From: an uncultured Acidimicrobiales bacterium
Lineage (GTDB): Bacteria; Actinomycetota; Acidimicrobiia; Acidimicrobiales; SZUA-35
Reading direction: 5' to 3'
NCBI GenBank assembly: GCA_938021675.1
Contig: CALIFY010000041.1
Coordinates: forward strand, 8,588-72,587
Length of the DNA stretch: 64,000 nucleotides
Shown here: positions 1 to 9,900 of the stretch, piece after piece
Numbering within the stretch: the first letter of the stretch is position 1
Layout of the letters: every line of letters begins with the position of its first letter
The notes under the pieces: model-generated
The model's database searches: none
The model's input: only the letters and a program-made list of their open reading frames with translations
Told to the model about the DNA's origin: nothing
Made by a program: the position numbers and the translations under genes

Positions 1-740
1 TCACGAAGAAACTCGACGGCAACCTTCGCTGCGTCAACCTTCGAGCCTGGAGCGTCGATCCACATGACCGGCACCTCAGTAACTTTTAGTTCGAACTTGG
101 CGGCTAGGTAGAGGATCTCGAGATCGAAAGAGAACTCGTCGATGAGCTGTCGGCGAAACAACAGGTGAGCGGCGTCGGAGGTAAACATCTTGAACCCGCA
201 CTGGGTGTCCGAAACCGACACCCGGAAGAGCCCACGGACGATGAGGCTGAGCCCAGCGCTGAATATCTTCCTGCTCAACGATTTGTTCGCTACTTCGGCC
301 CCGGCCGCAGCACGAGAGCCGACCACGACGTCGAATCCGCTCGCCAGCTCGTCGGCCAACGCTTCAAACTGCTCGATCGGCGTCGATTGATCGGCGTCGG
401 CGAACAAGATGATGTCGCCCTTGGCGGCCAGAACGGCCCGGCGCACCGCGCTTCCTTTTCCACCGTTTTTCTCGGCGATGAGGAGACGCAAATTCACAAG
501 CCCAAGGTCGTCGACGAGTTCAACCGTGGAGTCTGAACTGCCGTCGTCGGCGACGATGAGCTCCCACGGCTCACCGAGCGCGCTCATGTGGGTGGCGATA
601 GCACCAATGGTGGGAACGATCCGCCACTCTTCGTTGTAGGCAGGGATTACCACCGAGTAGCGAGGAGACCCGGTCAAAGGAGTGGCAGCCCACTCTCGGT
701 ATGAACTGAGCTTCGTGTCGTTCATCACCGCTTCTTCCAT
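1..740 (-). CDS. Family-2 (GT-A) glycosyltransferase, polyprenol-phosphate-sugar synthase-like; C-terminus cut by window edge
   Basis: Absent from the ORF track because there is no stop inside the window. My minus-strand translation (codons at 3n..3n+2) reads ...RYSVVIPAYNEEWRIVPTIGAIATHMSALGEPWELIVADDGSSDSTVE...IAEKNGGKGSAVRRAV...IDAPGSKVDAAKVAVEFLR, a classic GT2 N-terminal fold with an acidic DxD-type motif. In-frame ATGs lie at 740 and 725; the first is 13 nt after the flippase stop. Confidence 0.8.
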   Translation of the reverse strand, partial: MEEAVMNDTKLSSYREWAATPLTGSPRYSVVIPAYNEEWRIVPTIGAIATHMSALGEPWELIVADDGSSDSTVELVDDLGLVNLRLLIAEKNGGKGSAVRRAVLAAKGDIILFADADQSTPIEQFEALADELASGFDVVVGSRAAAGAEVANKSLSRKIFSAGLSLIVRGLFRVSVSDTQCGFKMFTSDAAHLLFRRQLIDEFSFDLEILYLAAKFELKVTEVPVMWIDAPGSKVDAAKVAVEFLR

Positions 741-753
741 GTGGCTGCTTCTC

Positions 754-2115
754 TCATGTAGTCGCCTTTTCTCTAACTGCCTCGTGGTTCTCGGCGTGTC
801 CGGCCGGTCCGGTACGACGGGCCCCGATGGCATGACTGACACCAACTGCCGCGAGGAGAATCGCCATCGCCCCCACCTGGGCCTCGATCAACGAGTCGAT
901 GTCGTCACGACCGAGAAAGAGCAATGTGGTTTGGATACCACTGCCGGCGAGGAGCACAAGCGCCTCACGGAGCCGTCCCATCGACAGATGGTGGGTGACG
1001 ATCAGGTTGGCCATGGCGAACAGAGATGTAGCGAACGCATACCGCGCCAACGGACCTGACACCTCAGCGTATTCCGGCCCAAAGACCCGGCCGAGTACGA
1101 TGCCGCCGAGCAGGGCGGCCCCGGCGACAAACCCGGCACCCATGAGCGCCACGATGCCGAGACCTCCGTAGAGCAGGCCATGAGAACTCTGCCCAAGCTC
1201 GTCCCGTCGTGCCGCGGCTGGAAAGAGGGTCGTGGCCACCGACCATGACAGAAAAAAGACGGCCCGGCCGACCAGCGCGATCGCCGCATAAACCCCCGCC
1301 GTATCGGGATCAAGAAATCGCTTTGCAATAAGTACGTCGCCGTTATTGATGACGATCTGGCCAAAGAGGAGCACGGCCACCGGACCGACGTAGCTGACGA
1401 GGACTGACACCGCTTGAGCGGTCATCGGTTCAGGTCGACGCCGCCCGATCAGAAGACGAACATGAATCCAAACGGCGAAGAACGACGCCGTAAGCCCGAC
1501 CGTCGCACCGCCGACCCCAAACCCTAAGGCGACAAGGCCGATTCCGGTGGCCACTCGAACCACCATCTCAACGATGAAGGTTGCGGCCAACGGCCGGAAG
1601 GTCAAATGGCCCTGGAGTACCCCGCGTCCAACCGCTTGGACCAGATAGAACGGCATGCCGATCCCGAGGATGACGAACGGCCAGGCCGACGCGGAGTTGA
1701 AGAACTCCCTCCAGAAAGACGCCCCACCGATCAACACGACCGCGACGATCGTGCCCGCCACCAGCGCTCGACGCTCAAGCCATCCGGCCAACGCATCGGT
1801 GGCGGCCCGGTCGGCGGCCACGGCGTTGATGCCGGCAAATCGGGCAGCGATCAGCTGCAGGCTGATCGCTATCGCCGTGACCAGCAGCATGATCGTGACC
1901 ATCAAGTTGGCATCGGCAAACTCTGCCGGGGTCAGCCATCGGCCAAGGAACACGTTGAGCAAGTAGTTGCCGGCATTGGCGATAATCATCGCCACGCCGA
2001 GGGCGGCGCCTCCCGCCATGAGCTTCTTTCCGTCGGTCGACGGCGTATCCGTCGCGACGGAGTCGTCGGCTACCACTTCATCCAAGTTGGCACCGGTACC
2101 CACGCTGCTCGACAC
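754..2115 (-). CDS. MOP-superfamily polysaccharide/oligosaccharide flippase (Wzx/MurJ-like polysaccharide biosynthesis protein)
   Basis: 453-aa ORF with about 12-14 hydrophobic helices (e.g. LMAGGAALGVAMIIANAGNYLLNVFLGRWL). It sits between two glycosyltransferase genes on the same strand. Confidence 0.7.
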   Translation of the reverse strand: MSSSVGTGANLDEVVADDSVATDTPSTDGKKLMAGGAALGVAMIIANAGNYLLNVFLGRWLTPAEFADANLMVTIMLLVTAIAISLQLIAARFAGINAVAADRAATDALAGWLERRALVAGTIVAVVLIGGASFWREFFNSASAWPFVILGIGMPFYLVQAVGRGVLQGHLTFRPLAATFIVEMVVRVATGIGLVALGFGVGGATVGLTASFFAVWIHVRLLIGRRRPEPMTAQAVSVLVSYVGPVAVLLFGQIVINNGDVLIAKRFLDPDTAGVYAAIALVGRAVFFLSWSVATTLFPAAARRDELGQSSHGLLYGGLGIVALMGAGFVAGAALLGGIVLGRVFGPEYAEVSGPLARYAFATSLFAMANLIVTHHLSMGRLREALVLLAGSGIQTTLLFLGRDDIDSLIEAQVGAMAILLAAVGVSHAIGARRTGPAGHAENHEAVREKATT

Positions 2116-2122
2116 TGCGGCC

Positions 2123-3352
2123 TCAACGCTTCTCGTTCAGCAGCGCGTCGAGATGTATGAGATGCCAGTCGATCACTTCCGCCATAGGGATCCCGGTGGC
2201 GGCCAGATAGTTCCGTGTTCCGTGTTCGGCGTTCAGGCTGGGATCGTCGAGCAGTTTGGCCAACGCGTCGGCAAGGCTCACCGGGTCGCCGGGCTGAAAG
2301 TACTGGCCGATGAACCCCTCTTCTTCTATGACTTCGACGAAATCACCGATTGCCGGAAGTACCGCGCTCCGCCCGTAGGACCCCGCCTGGTGAAGGACTC
2401 CTGAACTTCCCGTCGTAGAGGTATAGGGGAAGGCGGTGACAGCCGATCCAAGGAACAGGTCAGACACGTCTTCCTCTTCGACGTACCCGGTGAAAACGAC
2501 ATTGTCGAGGTCCGAACACTCCGCGGCGACCCTAGCCAAGTATCCGGCCGAGTTCGGGCTGTCGGTGCCGGCGATGACGAGTTCCAAGTCGTCGTACCCC
2601 CGATCGAGCAGGCGGCGGAATGCATCGACGAGCACATCGACGGTCTTGTATGTGCCCCACTTGCCGAACGCCAGGATTTTCCTTGGGCCGTCGGCTGGTG
2701 GACCGAATGCCGGCTCAGCGATTTCCTCGAAACTTCCGTGCGGTGCCAACAGCACGTTGTCGGCGCCGTAGGCGTCGCGCAAGAATTCGACGTAACGGGG
2801 AATGGTAAGAGCGACGTAATCGGTGGCGAGCACAGCTCGGGTGAGAAGCTTGCCGGCGTTGGTCATGACAAAGGCAGTGACCTTGGAGTCGGCAAAGCCT
2901 GCGTCTTGCATATCGACGTTGTCAGCCAAGTTGTGAAGGATGACCGCCGTTGGAATGCCCAACTTCTTCAACATCGCCGGGATCAGAAGGCCAAGGCCAC
3001 CGGGCACACGCCCATCGCCGAACGTCGCGAACTGAAGATTGATGAGCACGGCGTCGACCTTGGCCGCTCGAACCGCTCGAATGAGACGGAGAGGGTTGGT
3101 GACCGAGTTGAACTTCCACGACGCGATGGCCTCCACCTTGTGCTCGTTATTTTCGAGACGGAGGGGAGGCCCTGCATCGGTTTCATCGGCAAAAACCACC
3201 ACAGAGTCGACCCGTGGGTTTTCGGCCAAATGACTGACCAGATGGAAGCCAAACTCGTTGAGACTATTGCGACCGGGCGGGAACGCGGTAAGTACACCGA
3301 TACGTCGCACGGCCGGTGGGGTTGCGACAGCTCTCGAATCATTGGTCATCAC
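2123..3352 (-). CDS. GT-B fold glycosyltransferase, family 4/group 1
   Basis: 409 aa. N-terminus reads RIGVLTAFPPGRNSLNEFGF. C-terminal half reads FTGYVEEEDVSDLFLGSAVTAFPY...SSGVLHQAGSYGRSAVLP, typical of group-1 GTs. The start is GTG 3352 or ATG 3349; both overlap the stop (3349-3351) of the upstream kinase. Confidence 0.8.
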   Translation of the reverse strand: MMTNDSRAVATPPAVRRIGVLTAFPPGRNSLNEFGFHLVSHLAENPRVDSVVVFADETDAGPPLRLENNEHKVEAIASWKFNSVTNPLRLIRAVRAAKVDAVLINLQFATFGDGRVPGGLGLLIPAMLKKLGIPTAVILHNLADNVDMQDAGFADSKVTAFVMTNAGKLLTRAVLATDYVALTIPRYVEFLRDAYGADNVLLAPHGSFEEIAEPAFGPPADGPRKILAFGKWGTYKTVDVLVDAFRRLLDRGYDDLELVIAGTDSPNSAGYLARVAAECSDLDNVVFTGYVEEEDVSDLFLGSAVTAFPYTSTTGSSGVLHQAGSYGRSAVLPAIGDFVEVIEEEGFIGQYFQPGDPVSLADALAKLLDDPSLNAEHGTRNYLAATGIPMAEVIDWHLIHLDALLNEKR

Positions 3353-4320
3353 AAGGAGACCTCCTTCTCCGGAGGATCGAACGATGGGACTCCATGCTTG
3401 ACTAATTCCTCATCGGAAACTCGGGCCGCGACCCGCAACGTGGCGCAGGAGTACGTCTGCCCGTCGCTGCTCACCTCTAGCGTGCCACCAAGGGCGGTAG
3501 CGATGCGGCGGCACAATCCAAGACCCAGACCCAGTCCTCGGCTGGCCCTTGCGGTCGAGTCGTCGAGCATCGAAAAATCGGAAAACAACTCTTCGATTCG
3601 GGCCGGATCGATTCCGGGACCTGAATCTCGAACGGTCAATTCCAACAGATCATGATCGAGACGTATCTCGACCCGAACCGCCCCCGACGAAGCGTGAGCC
3701 AACGTGTTGTCGAGCAGCTCATCGACGATCTGCAACACTCGACCATCGTCGATTTCTATGAGGCGATCGTCGAGGAACGAGGTAACGGTCAGCAACTGCC
3801 CACCCCGCATGGCGGGACGCTGCCAACGATCGCGAATCGACTCGGCGAGGTCGGCGGCGGCCAGGATCCTCAGCTCTGGAACCAGGCGTCCGGTATCCAG
3901 GTCGACAAGGTCGAGCAATCGGGCGAGGAGCTGATGTAGTCGGTCTGCTGACTGGCGAGCCGTTTTCAGGTAGGTGTGGGGTTGCTCCCCGTCGACATAT
4001 GGTGCGAGTAGCTCAAGCATCCCGAGAATGCCGTTCAAGGGTGTTCGCATTTCGTGGCTCAACGTGGCGAGGAATCGCTCCCGTGACGTCGATGCGACCT
4101 TGAGCATGGCCAGTGTCTCTTCAAGGTCTGCGGTCCGTTCATCGACGCGAGCATCGAGACTCTGATTTATTAGCCAAAGCTCGCGCATACCCCGGTCGGC
4201 GATCTCTTCAGCCTGGCGACGGGCCCGCCGTTCCCTGGCCAAACGATGTTCAAGCCGAGCGATCCGCTGTTCTGGCTGCCGTGTACCGGCGGTTTCGGAG
4301 ACGCCCGGGGGTTTCGACAT
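3349..4320 (-). CDS. Soluble sensor histidine kinase without sensory domain (HnoK-like, H-NOX-associated)
   Basis: 323 aa with a coiled-coil N-terminus and H-box FLATLSHEMRTPLNGILG. ATPase boxes are LLDNTLAH, RDSGPGIDP and GLGLGLGL. No TM or ligand domain is visible. It starts 6 nt after the H-NOX stop. Confidence 0.85.
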   Translation of the reverse strand: MSKPPGVSETAGTRQPEQRIARLEHRLARERRARRQAEEIADRGMRELWLINQSLDARVDERTADLEETLAMLKVASTSRERFLATLSHEMRTPLNGILGMLELLAPYVDGEQPHTYLKTARQSADRLHQLLARLLDLVDLDTGRLVPELRILAAADLAESIRDRWQRPAMRGGQLLTVTSFLDDRLIEIDDGRVLQIVDELLDNTLAHASSGAVRVEIRLDHDLLELTVRDSGPGIDPARIEELFSDFSMLDDSTARASRGLGLGLGLCRRIATALGGTLEVSSDGQTYSCATLRVAARVSDEELVKHGVPSFDPPEKEVSL

Positions 4321-4326
4321 CGCCGA

Positions 4327-4878
4327 CTAGTTCGATTGGTCGGCCATCTTGACCGCTCGGACATCGAAGACGGTGACTTCCTCATCCAACCCGCTGATGA
4401 TCGTGACCTCTACGTGCTCCCCGAAGCGGTCACCGGCCCCCAGTATGAGGCCTTCGGCCAACACGCCAAGCTTGCGAGCCGATTTGTATGTGATCCGCAG
4501 GACATCGTCGGACAGGTCTTCGAATTCGAAGGAAGGCGGCTTGGCATCAGGATGAAGCTTCAGCACCTCGGGGTGAATGATGTCGTTGACACGACGGAGA
4601 AAGTCGTGGGTTCCAGTGGCCTCATCCACCAGCTCCGGGTATCGGTCGGCGAGATGAGGGAATGCATGCCGTCCCAGGACCCTGATCAGTTCGTGGGGCT
4701 CGTGACCGGTCATAGGACAGGCGGCACCCACGAGCGCGCCGAGGTCGGCGTCGTCGTAGCTCCCAAGCGCGGTGTAATGCCCATCGAGCTTCGCCGCGTC
4801 GAGAAGGTCATCCCAGGTGTCTTCGTCATAGAGGCGGACGACGGCTTCTTCGACCGCGTTGAAAATTACGCCCTTCAT
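4327..4878 (-). CDS. H-NOX (heme nitric oxide/oxygen-binding, HNOB) domain protein
   Basis: 183 aa. It starts MKGVIFNAVEEAVV, like characterised proteobacterial H-NOX (MKGIIFN...). Proximal-His context is VNDIIHPEV, and the heme-propionate motif Y-x-S-x-R is present as YKSAR. This is followed by LAEGLILGAGDRF, matching the AEGLLFGAAQHF region of Shewanella-type H-NOX. Confidence 0.85.
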   Translation of the reverse strand: MKGVIFNAVEEAVVRLYDEDTWDDLLDAAKLDGHYTALGSYDDADLGALVGAACPMTGHEPHELIRVLGRHAFPHLADRYPELVDEATGTHDFLRRVNDIIHPEVLKLHPDAKPPSFEFEDLSDDVLRITYKSARKLGVLAEGLILGAGDRFGEHVEVTIISGLDEEVTVFDVRAVKMADQSN

Positions 4879-6815
4879 GAGATCTCTCTTTTCTTGTCGA
4901 CGGTTCGCCGTTCGGTCAGTAACTCTGTACGCATTTCGTCGAGTTCGACCATGGCCCTATCGGCCTGTGCCAGGAGGGGTCCAAGCAGTTCGGATGATGT
5001 CTGGGCATCGCCGTCCGCGGCCTCGAAGTCGGCACACCGCGCCGACAACTCGGACGCGCCAAGCAAGGCGGCCGTCGACTTCAGCGTGTGAGCAGCTCGA
5101 CGTGCCGTGGCGAAATCGTGCGACGCTACCCCATCGGTCAGCTGCGATCGCCACGCCGGCAGCTCGTCAAGAAATGTCGAGATCACGGTGGCAACGACGT
5201 CGGGATCACCCAGTTCGGCGATGAGACGATCGACAACGGTCTGTTCCACCGCGGCCGGGGCTGCGATCGGATCCGGTGCGACGTCCGACCATCGGTCGAT
5301 CATTGTTTCCAACTCGGTAAGCGACACAGGCTTCGGGAGGTAGTCGTCCATTCCAGCATCGAGACACGTCTCTCGATCACCGGCCATGGCACTGGCTGTC
5401 GTGGCAATGATGGGAATCCGCTCTCCGGCCGACTCTTGCCCACGGATCCGACGGGTGGTGTCGAGCCCGTCCATATGGGGCATATGCCAGTCCATGAGGA
5501 TGATGTCAAAGCGTTCAACCGCAAGGATCTCCAACGCATCCGATCCGGAGCTCACCGTGGTTGGCATATGGCCGAGACGTTCGAGTTGGCTACTTGCCAG
5601 CATCAAATTCACTGCGCTGTCATCGACCACCAGCACGCTGAGGCCGCCCGAGTCACGACGCATCGGACGCTCGGTAACCACGGCACGATCGCTGGTTCGC
5701 TTGGCCTTCTCGAACGGAATGGTCGCCACAAATCTGGTTCCGTCCCGGCCGGTATCGAACGTCAGGCCGCCGTTCATGAGCTCGACCAAGCGTTTGGTTA
5801 TTACAAGCCCAAGTCCGGTGCCCTTCGTCGTGTCCTCAGGCCTGGCCTGTCGGTACGGTTCAAAGAGCGTGGGCCACGACGTCTCTGGAATCCCGGGACC
5901 CGTGTCGGCAACGGCAAACTCGGTTGAGAAGCCATCGATCTGCCGGACGCGAAGCTCGACCTTGCCTTCCTCGGTGTACTTGATGGCGTTTGATACCAGG
6001 TTCACCAAGATCTGACGGAGTCGGTGTTCATCGCCAAGAACGACCAACGGCACTGACGGGTCGATCGATACCGAGAAGCCGAGGCCTTTTTTTCTTGCGT
6101 CGGCGCCGTGGGATTCTGCTACCGCGTCGGCCACCGCACCCGGCGACAGGGGCTCGGACAGTAGCTCCAAACGATTGGCGCTGATCTTGGAGAAGTCCAG
6201 CAACTCGTCGAGCATGACCCGAAGCGCGTTCGACTCGCGGCCGATCAGTTGGAGATGTCGTTCGGTCGCAGAATCGATGAGCGGAGAGGCGAGCATCAGT
6301 TCTGCCACACCCATGATCGCATGCAACGGACTCCGCATCTCATGGCTCAGGCCGGCGATAAATAGCGCTCGTTCGGCCAGGGCCGCCTCAAGTTCGCTCC
6401 GACGTTCATCGCGTTCGATCCGGGCTCGGACTTCATCATCGATGGGCCGAGCCGTGATCACGATCCCGGCGATGTCCGGATCGTCGAGACGATTGACGGC
6501 CTGATAGCCGACATGTCCGTATGACCCGTCGGGGCGACGGAGCCGTGTTTCACCGCTCACAGATCGGAGCGGCTCGGCCAGCACGTCGACCAGGCCCGAT
6601 TCGATCGAGGGGCGGTCGTCGGGATGGACGAGAGCGAAGAGGTCGGCATCGTCCCAGAACGTCGAGTCGTAGCCGAGATCGCCTCGTGACCGGGCACTTG
6701 TCCAAATCGGCGCGCCTGCAGCATCGACGACGGTCACGGTGTCTTGGATGTTCTCGATGAGCTTCCGGTACCGGCGTTCATGTCCGGTGGAGGCTTCGTG
6801 GGCAGCTTCGACCAC
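4875..6815 (-). CDS. Hybrid sensor histidine kinase: PAS - HisKA - HATPase_c - REC - HPt
   Basis: 646 aa. PAS-like N-terminus (RYRKLIENIQDTVTVVD...). H-box GLSHEMRSPLHAIMG. G-boxes DTGPGIPE and GTGLGLVI. Receiver reads VLVVDDSAVNLML...IILMDWHMPHMDG...LPKP. C-terminal HPt reads AHTLKSTAALLG. Its stop overlaps the H-NOX ATG (ATGA at 4875-4878). Confidence 0.9.
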   Translation of the reverse strand: MVEAAHEASTGHERRYRKLIENIQDTVTVVDAAGAPIWTSARSRGDLGYDSTFWDDADLFALVHPDDRPSIESGLVDVLAEPLRSVSGETRLRRPDGSYGHVGYQAVNRLDDPDIAGIVITARPIDDEVRARIERDERRSELEAALAERALFIAGLSHEMRSPLHAIMGVAELMLASPLIDSATERHLQLIGRESNALRVMLDELLDFSKISANRLELLSEPLSPGAVADAVAESHGADARKKGLGFSVSIDPSVPLVVLGDEHRLRQILVNLVSNAIKYTEEGKVELRVRQIDGFSTEFAVADTGPGIPETSWPTLFEPYRQARPEDTTKGTGLGLVITKRLVELMNGGLTFDTGRDGTRFVATIPFEKAKRTSDRAVVTERPMRRDSGGLSVLVVDDSAVNLMLASSQLERLGHMPTTVSSGSDALEILAVERFDIILMDWHMPHMDGLDTTRRIRGQESAGERIPIIATTASAMAGDRETCLDAGMDDYLPKPVSLTELETMIDRWSDVAPDPIAAPAAVEQTVVDRLIAELGDPDVVATVISTFLDELPAWRSQLTDGVASHDFATARRAAHTLKSTAALLGASELSARCADFEAADGDAQTSSELLGPLLAQADRAMVELDEMRTELLTERRTVDKKREIS

Positions 6816-6933
6816 GGGTTCATCAGTCCTTATCTGGTCGATTGCCTCTCCTATCGACCAGGCACACTCGATCGTGAGCCGACCGGTGGTTCAATCGATC
6901 TACGTTCCGGCTCGATACTGCCGATTGAAAGCG

Positions 6934-9900
6934 GTGTCGACGCCTCCACCCGACGCAGCAGTCTCCGTCCCGCCGGCTGGTCTCCCCGTCGCCAGCCGGT
7001 CATCGGCCGCGCCAGCGGACGGGCCTATCGAGGCCGATCCAACGAAGACCGGGCGTATCCCGGTCCGGTTGTGGTGGGCGCTCGCCTTGGTCGTGTTGTT
7101 CCACGGCGGCCTGTTGCTGGCGGGAACTTTTCGGGGCACGTACGACGCCTACGTCCATATCTTCCTCGGCGACCATTACGCCCGAGGCTGGTTTTCGACT
7201 TGGGACCAGCGCTGGTACACCGGGTTCACGACCGTGTCGTACCCGCCCGGCACCCACATGTCGATCGCTGCACTTTCCGGAGTGACGGGAAGCCTCGAAA
7301 CCGCCTTCGTGATCGTGCAGTTGGCGTCGCTTCTACTCTTGACGGTTGGTGTCTACCGATTCAGTCGTCTCTGGGTCGACGATGACGTGGCGGCCAACGC
7401 CTCGTTGCTGTTGGTTGTGTCCTCCGCTATCGCCCAGACCGTTCACCTCTACGGCCAGTTACCCACCACGTTTGCCTTAGCGTTCTTGTTGAATGCGCTC
7501 CCCTCGATCCGCAAGTGGGTGTTCGAGGGCCGGTATGTCGATCTGTTCGTCGGCACGATCGTGTTGGCGGCCTGCACCGCCGGGCATCACGTCACCACCT
7601 TGTTTGGGTCCGTGTTCTTTCTCGGCCCGGTGCTCGTGGCGGGGTTGCTCTCCCAATCTCGGGTCGCCCGTGATGGCGAAATCGAAGCGTTCGACCCGGC
7701 CATCGAACGGCAAACCATCGGTCCTTTGGTGGCCCGTCGTCTCCGCAGGGTGTGGCCGGCCGTGATCCGAGGCGGAATCCTCGGGCCTTGCATCTTGGCC
7801 GCGCTCGTCGTCGTGGTGTTGCCGTACTGGATCTGGAGCGGGTCTGATCCGATCACCCAGATTCCCATTCCCCACGGGAGCCGAGCGAACTTTCTGGCCG
7901 ACCTCAATATCGGACTGATCTTCTTCTTCATCCCCTGGGGTTTGATGCTCCCCGTCTTGCCCTACGCCCTCATTCGTGCCGTCGTCGACCGAATGTGGCC
8001 ACTCGCAGCGTCAATCCTTCTCCTGTTCGTTCTCGGCAGTGGGGGCACGACACCGCTACCCAAGATTCTGCTAAGGGCAGCGTTTGACATTTTGACGCTG
8101 GACCGCTTCACGTTTTGGGCCACAATTCAGATCTTGCCGTTGGCCGGACTCTTCGTGAAGAGTCTCGAGGACGGATCAATCGCCGGTTGGTTCCGGCGGA
8201 CCGGCGGACCGGTGCTCCTCCGGACAGCCCAGGTTGGATTCATCGGGTCGATGCTCGCGCTCTGCCTCTTTTCGGCATCGTTGGCCCGATTCCGGCCCTT
8301 CCAACCAGACTCGATCGACCCCGACCCCATCGTTGCCTTCATGGAGAAAGATCAACACGAGCGATGGCGATTCCTTACCCTCGGGTTCGGGGATCAAATG
8401 GCTTGGCTGTCGGCGCAAACCACCGCTACCCAAGTCGATGGCAACTACCACTCCGTGCGTCGGCTACCGGAACTGACCTCTACGTCGGTCGAACGTCTCG
8501 AAGGGGCGAAGTACCGAGGGATTTCCGGCCTCGGTTCGCTCCAGCAATTCCTCGAAGTACCGGAGAAATATCACCTCAAGTACGTCTTTTCCAACGACGC
8601 GTTTTATGACCCATTGCTTCATTTCCTCGGTTGGCAAGAGCTCGGCCCCTTGGAGAACGGCATCGTCGTCTGGGAAAAGGGAGACATCGCTCCACTCCCG
8701 TCGGTGCTCCCCACCCGGGAAGTCCCCAGTTGGCAACGATTCATGTGGGGAACGGTTCCCCCGACCATGATCGTGTCGGCGTTGATTCTTCTCACATGGT
8801 CGGCGATCGGACGGCCCGGTCTCCGGACACCGGTCCGGCCTCCACACACCGCGATACTCATCGGGCCTGCGGCATGGATCGATCGGCGACTGCAACGTCG
8901 AGCGTCTCTCCTTTCCCCGGCTGGAGGGCGGCGTACAGCGTCGGCAGGTACCGAACGGTGGGGTGTCGTCGTCCTTGGTCGCGTTCGTCGCAGATTGCAT
9001 CGTCGCGTCGGGCCGCGGCGCCGATTGGGGCGAATGGTGGCATTGACGGCAGTTATCGGGCTGCTCCCGATCAGTGGCCTCGTCGGCGGGTCGACGTCGG
9101 CCGATCCGACCGATGTCGTCGAGTCTTACTACGACCACCTCGACTTCAGACGATGGGAGGCAGCGTATGACCTCCTCGATCCAATCACCCGACCGAACTA
9201 TGAACTTTGGCGACTACAAATCTCTGTCGAAGGAGGTCTCGTCGCCAGTTACGCAAAACTCGATTCTTTTACCGCCCGCCGCCTGAACGACGGCGCACCA
9301 CACAACGGCATACCCACCGACGCCGACGTAGACGACGTTGGGCGCAATCGCCAGGGTGACCGATCCACCGTCCGTGTCGATGTGCGGTACTTGACCGCGC
9401 TCGACTGGTACTCGGTGCAACGTGACCACGAGATCGTCGAGCGCGACGGATCGTGGTTTCTCGTGGCCGATGAGCCTGACCTCACAGTTCCCCCCGATCA
9501 GCTGGTCCGTAGACCCACCGTCGACTATCTGATCCAGGGTCGGCGACGCGTCACGTCGCTGACCAGTGAACTCACCGACATTCAAGACCGGCCCGAGCTG
9601 GCGATTGACGGTGCCAAGCTCGTCGAACGCCGTGGGCTGCCGGTGGTCGTCGGGGAGGTAGCAAACGTCGATGTCGATCCGGCCGATATCACGCTCACCG
9701 CGGTGCTGCGCAACGACGATGAGGAGGTCGTTGCCAGGTACAACGCAACCGACCACCTGATGAGAACACTCAACCCCGGGGAGTCATCGCCGTTTCGCAT
9801 CGAGTTCGAGGAGGTGGCAGCGGGGACGAACCTCGACTTCAACCCATTGGATTTCAGTCCGATCGAGCTCGACGACGAGATCGTATCGGTCGAGCTGTAT

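Noticed and set aside
165-1059. Plus-strand ORFs 165..536, 190..390, 409..639 and 682..1059
   Set aside because: They are antisense to the GT2 and flippase genes, whose translations carry clear family motifs. The plus-frame products are low-complexity.
6739-6933. ATG 6739 as start of the giant membrane protein
   Set aside because: It would overlap the N-terminus of the divergent hybrid kinase gene by 77 nt, and it adds a non-hydrophobic, Ser/Pro-rich leader. In-frame GTG 6934 or TTG 6925 just before the first TM helix is more plausible.
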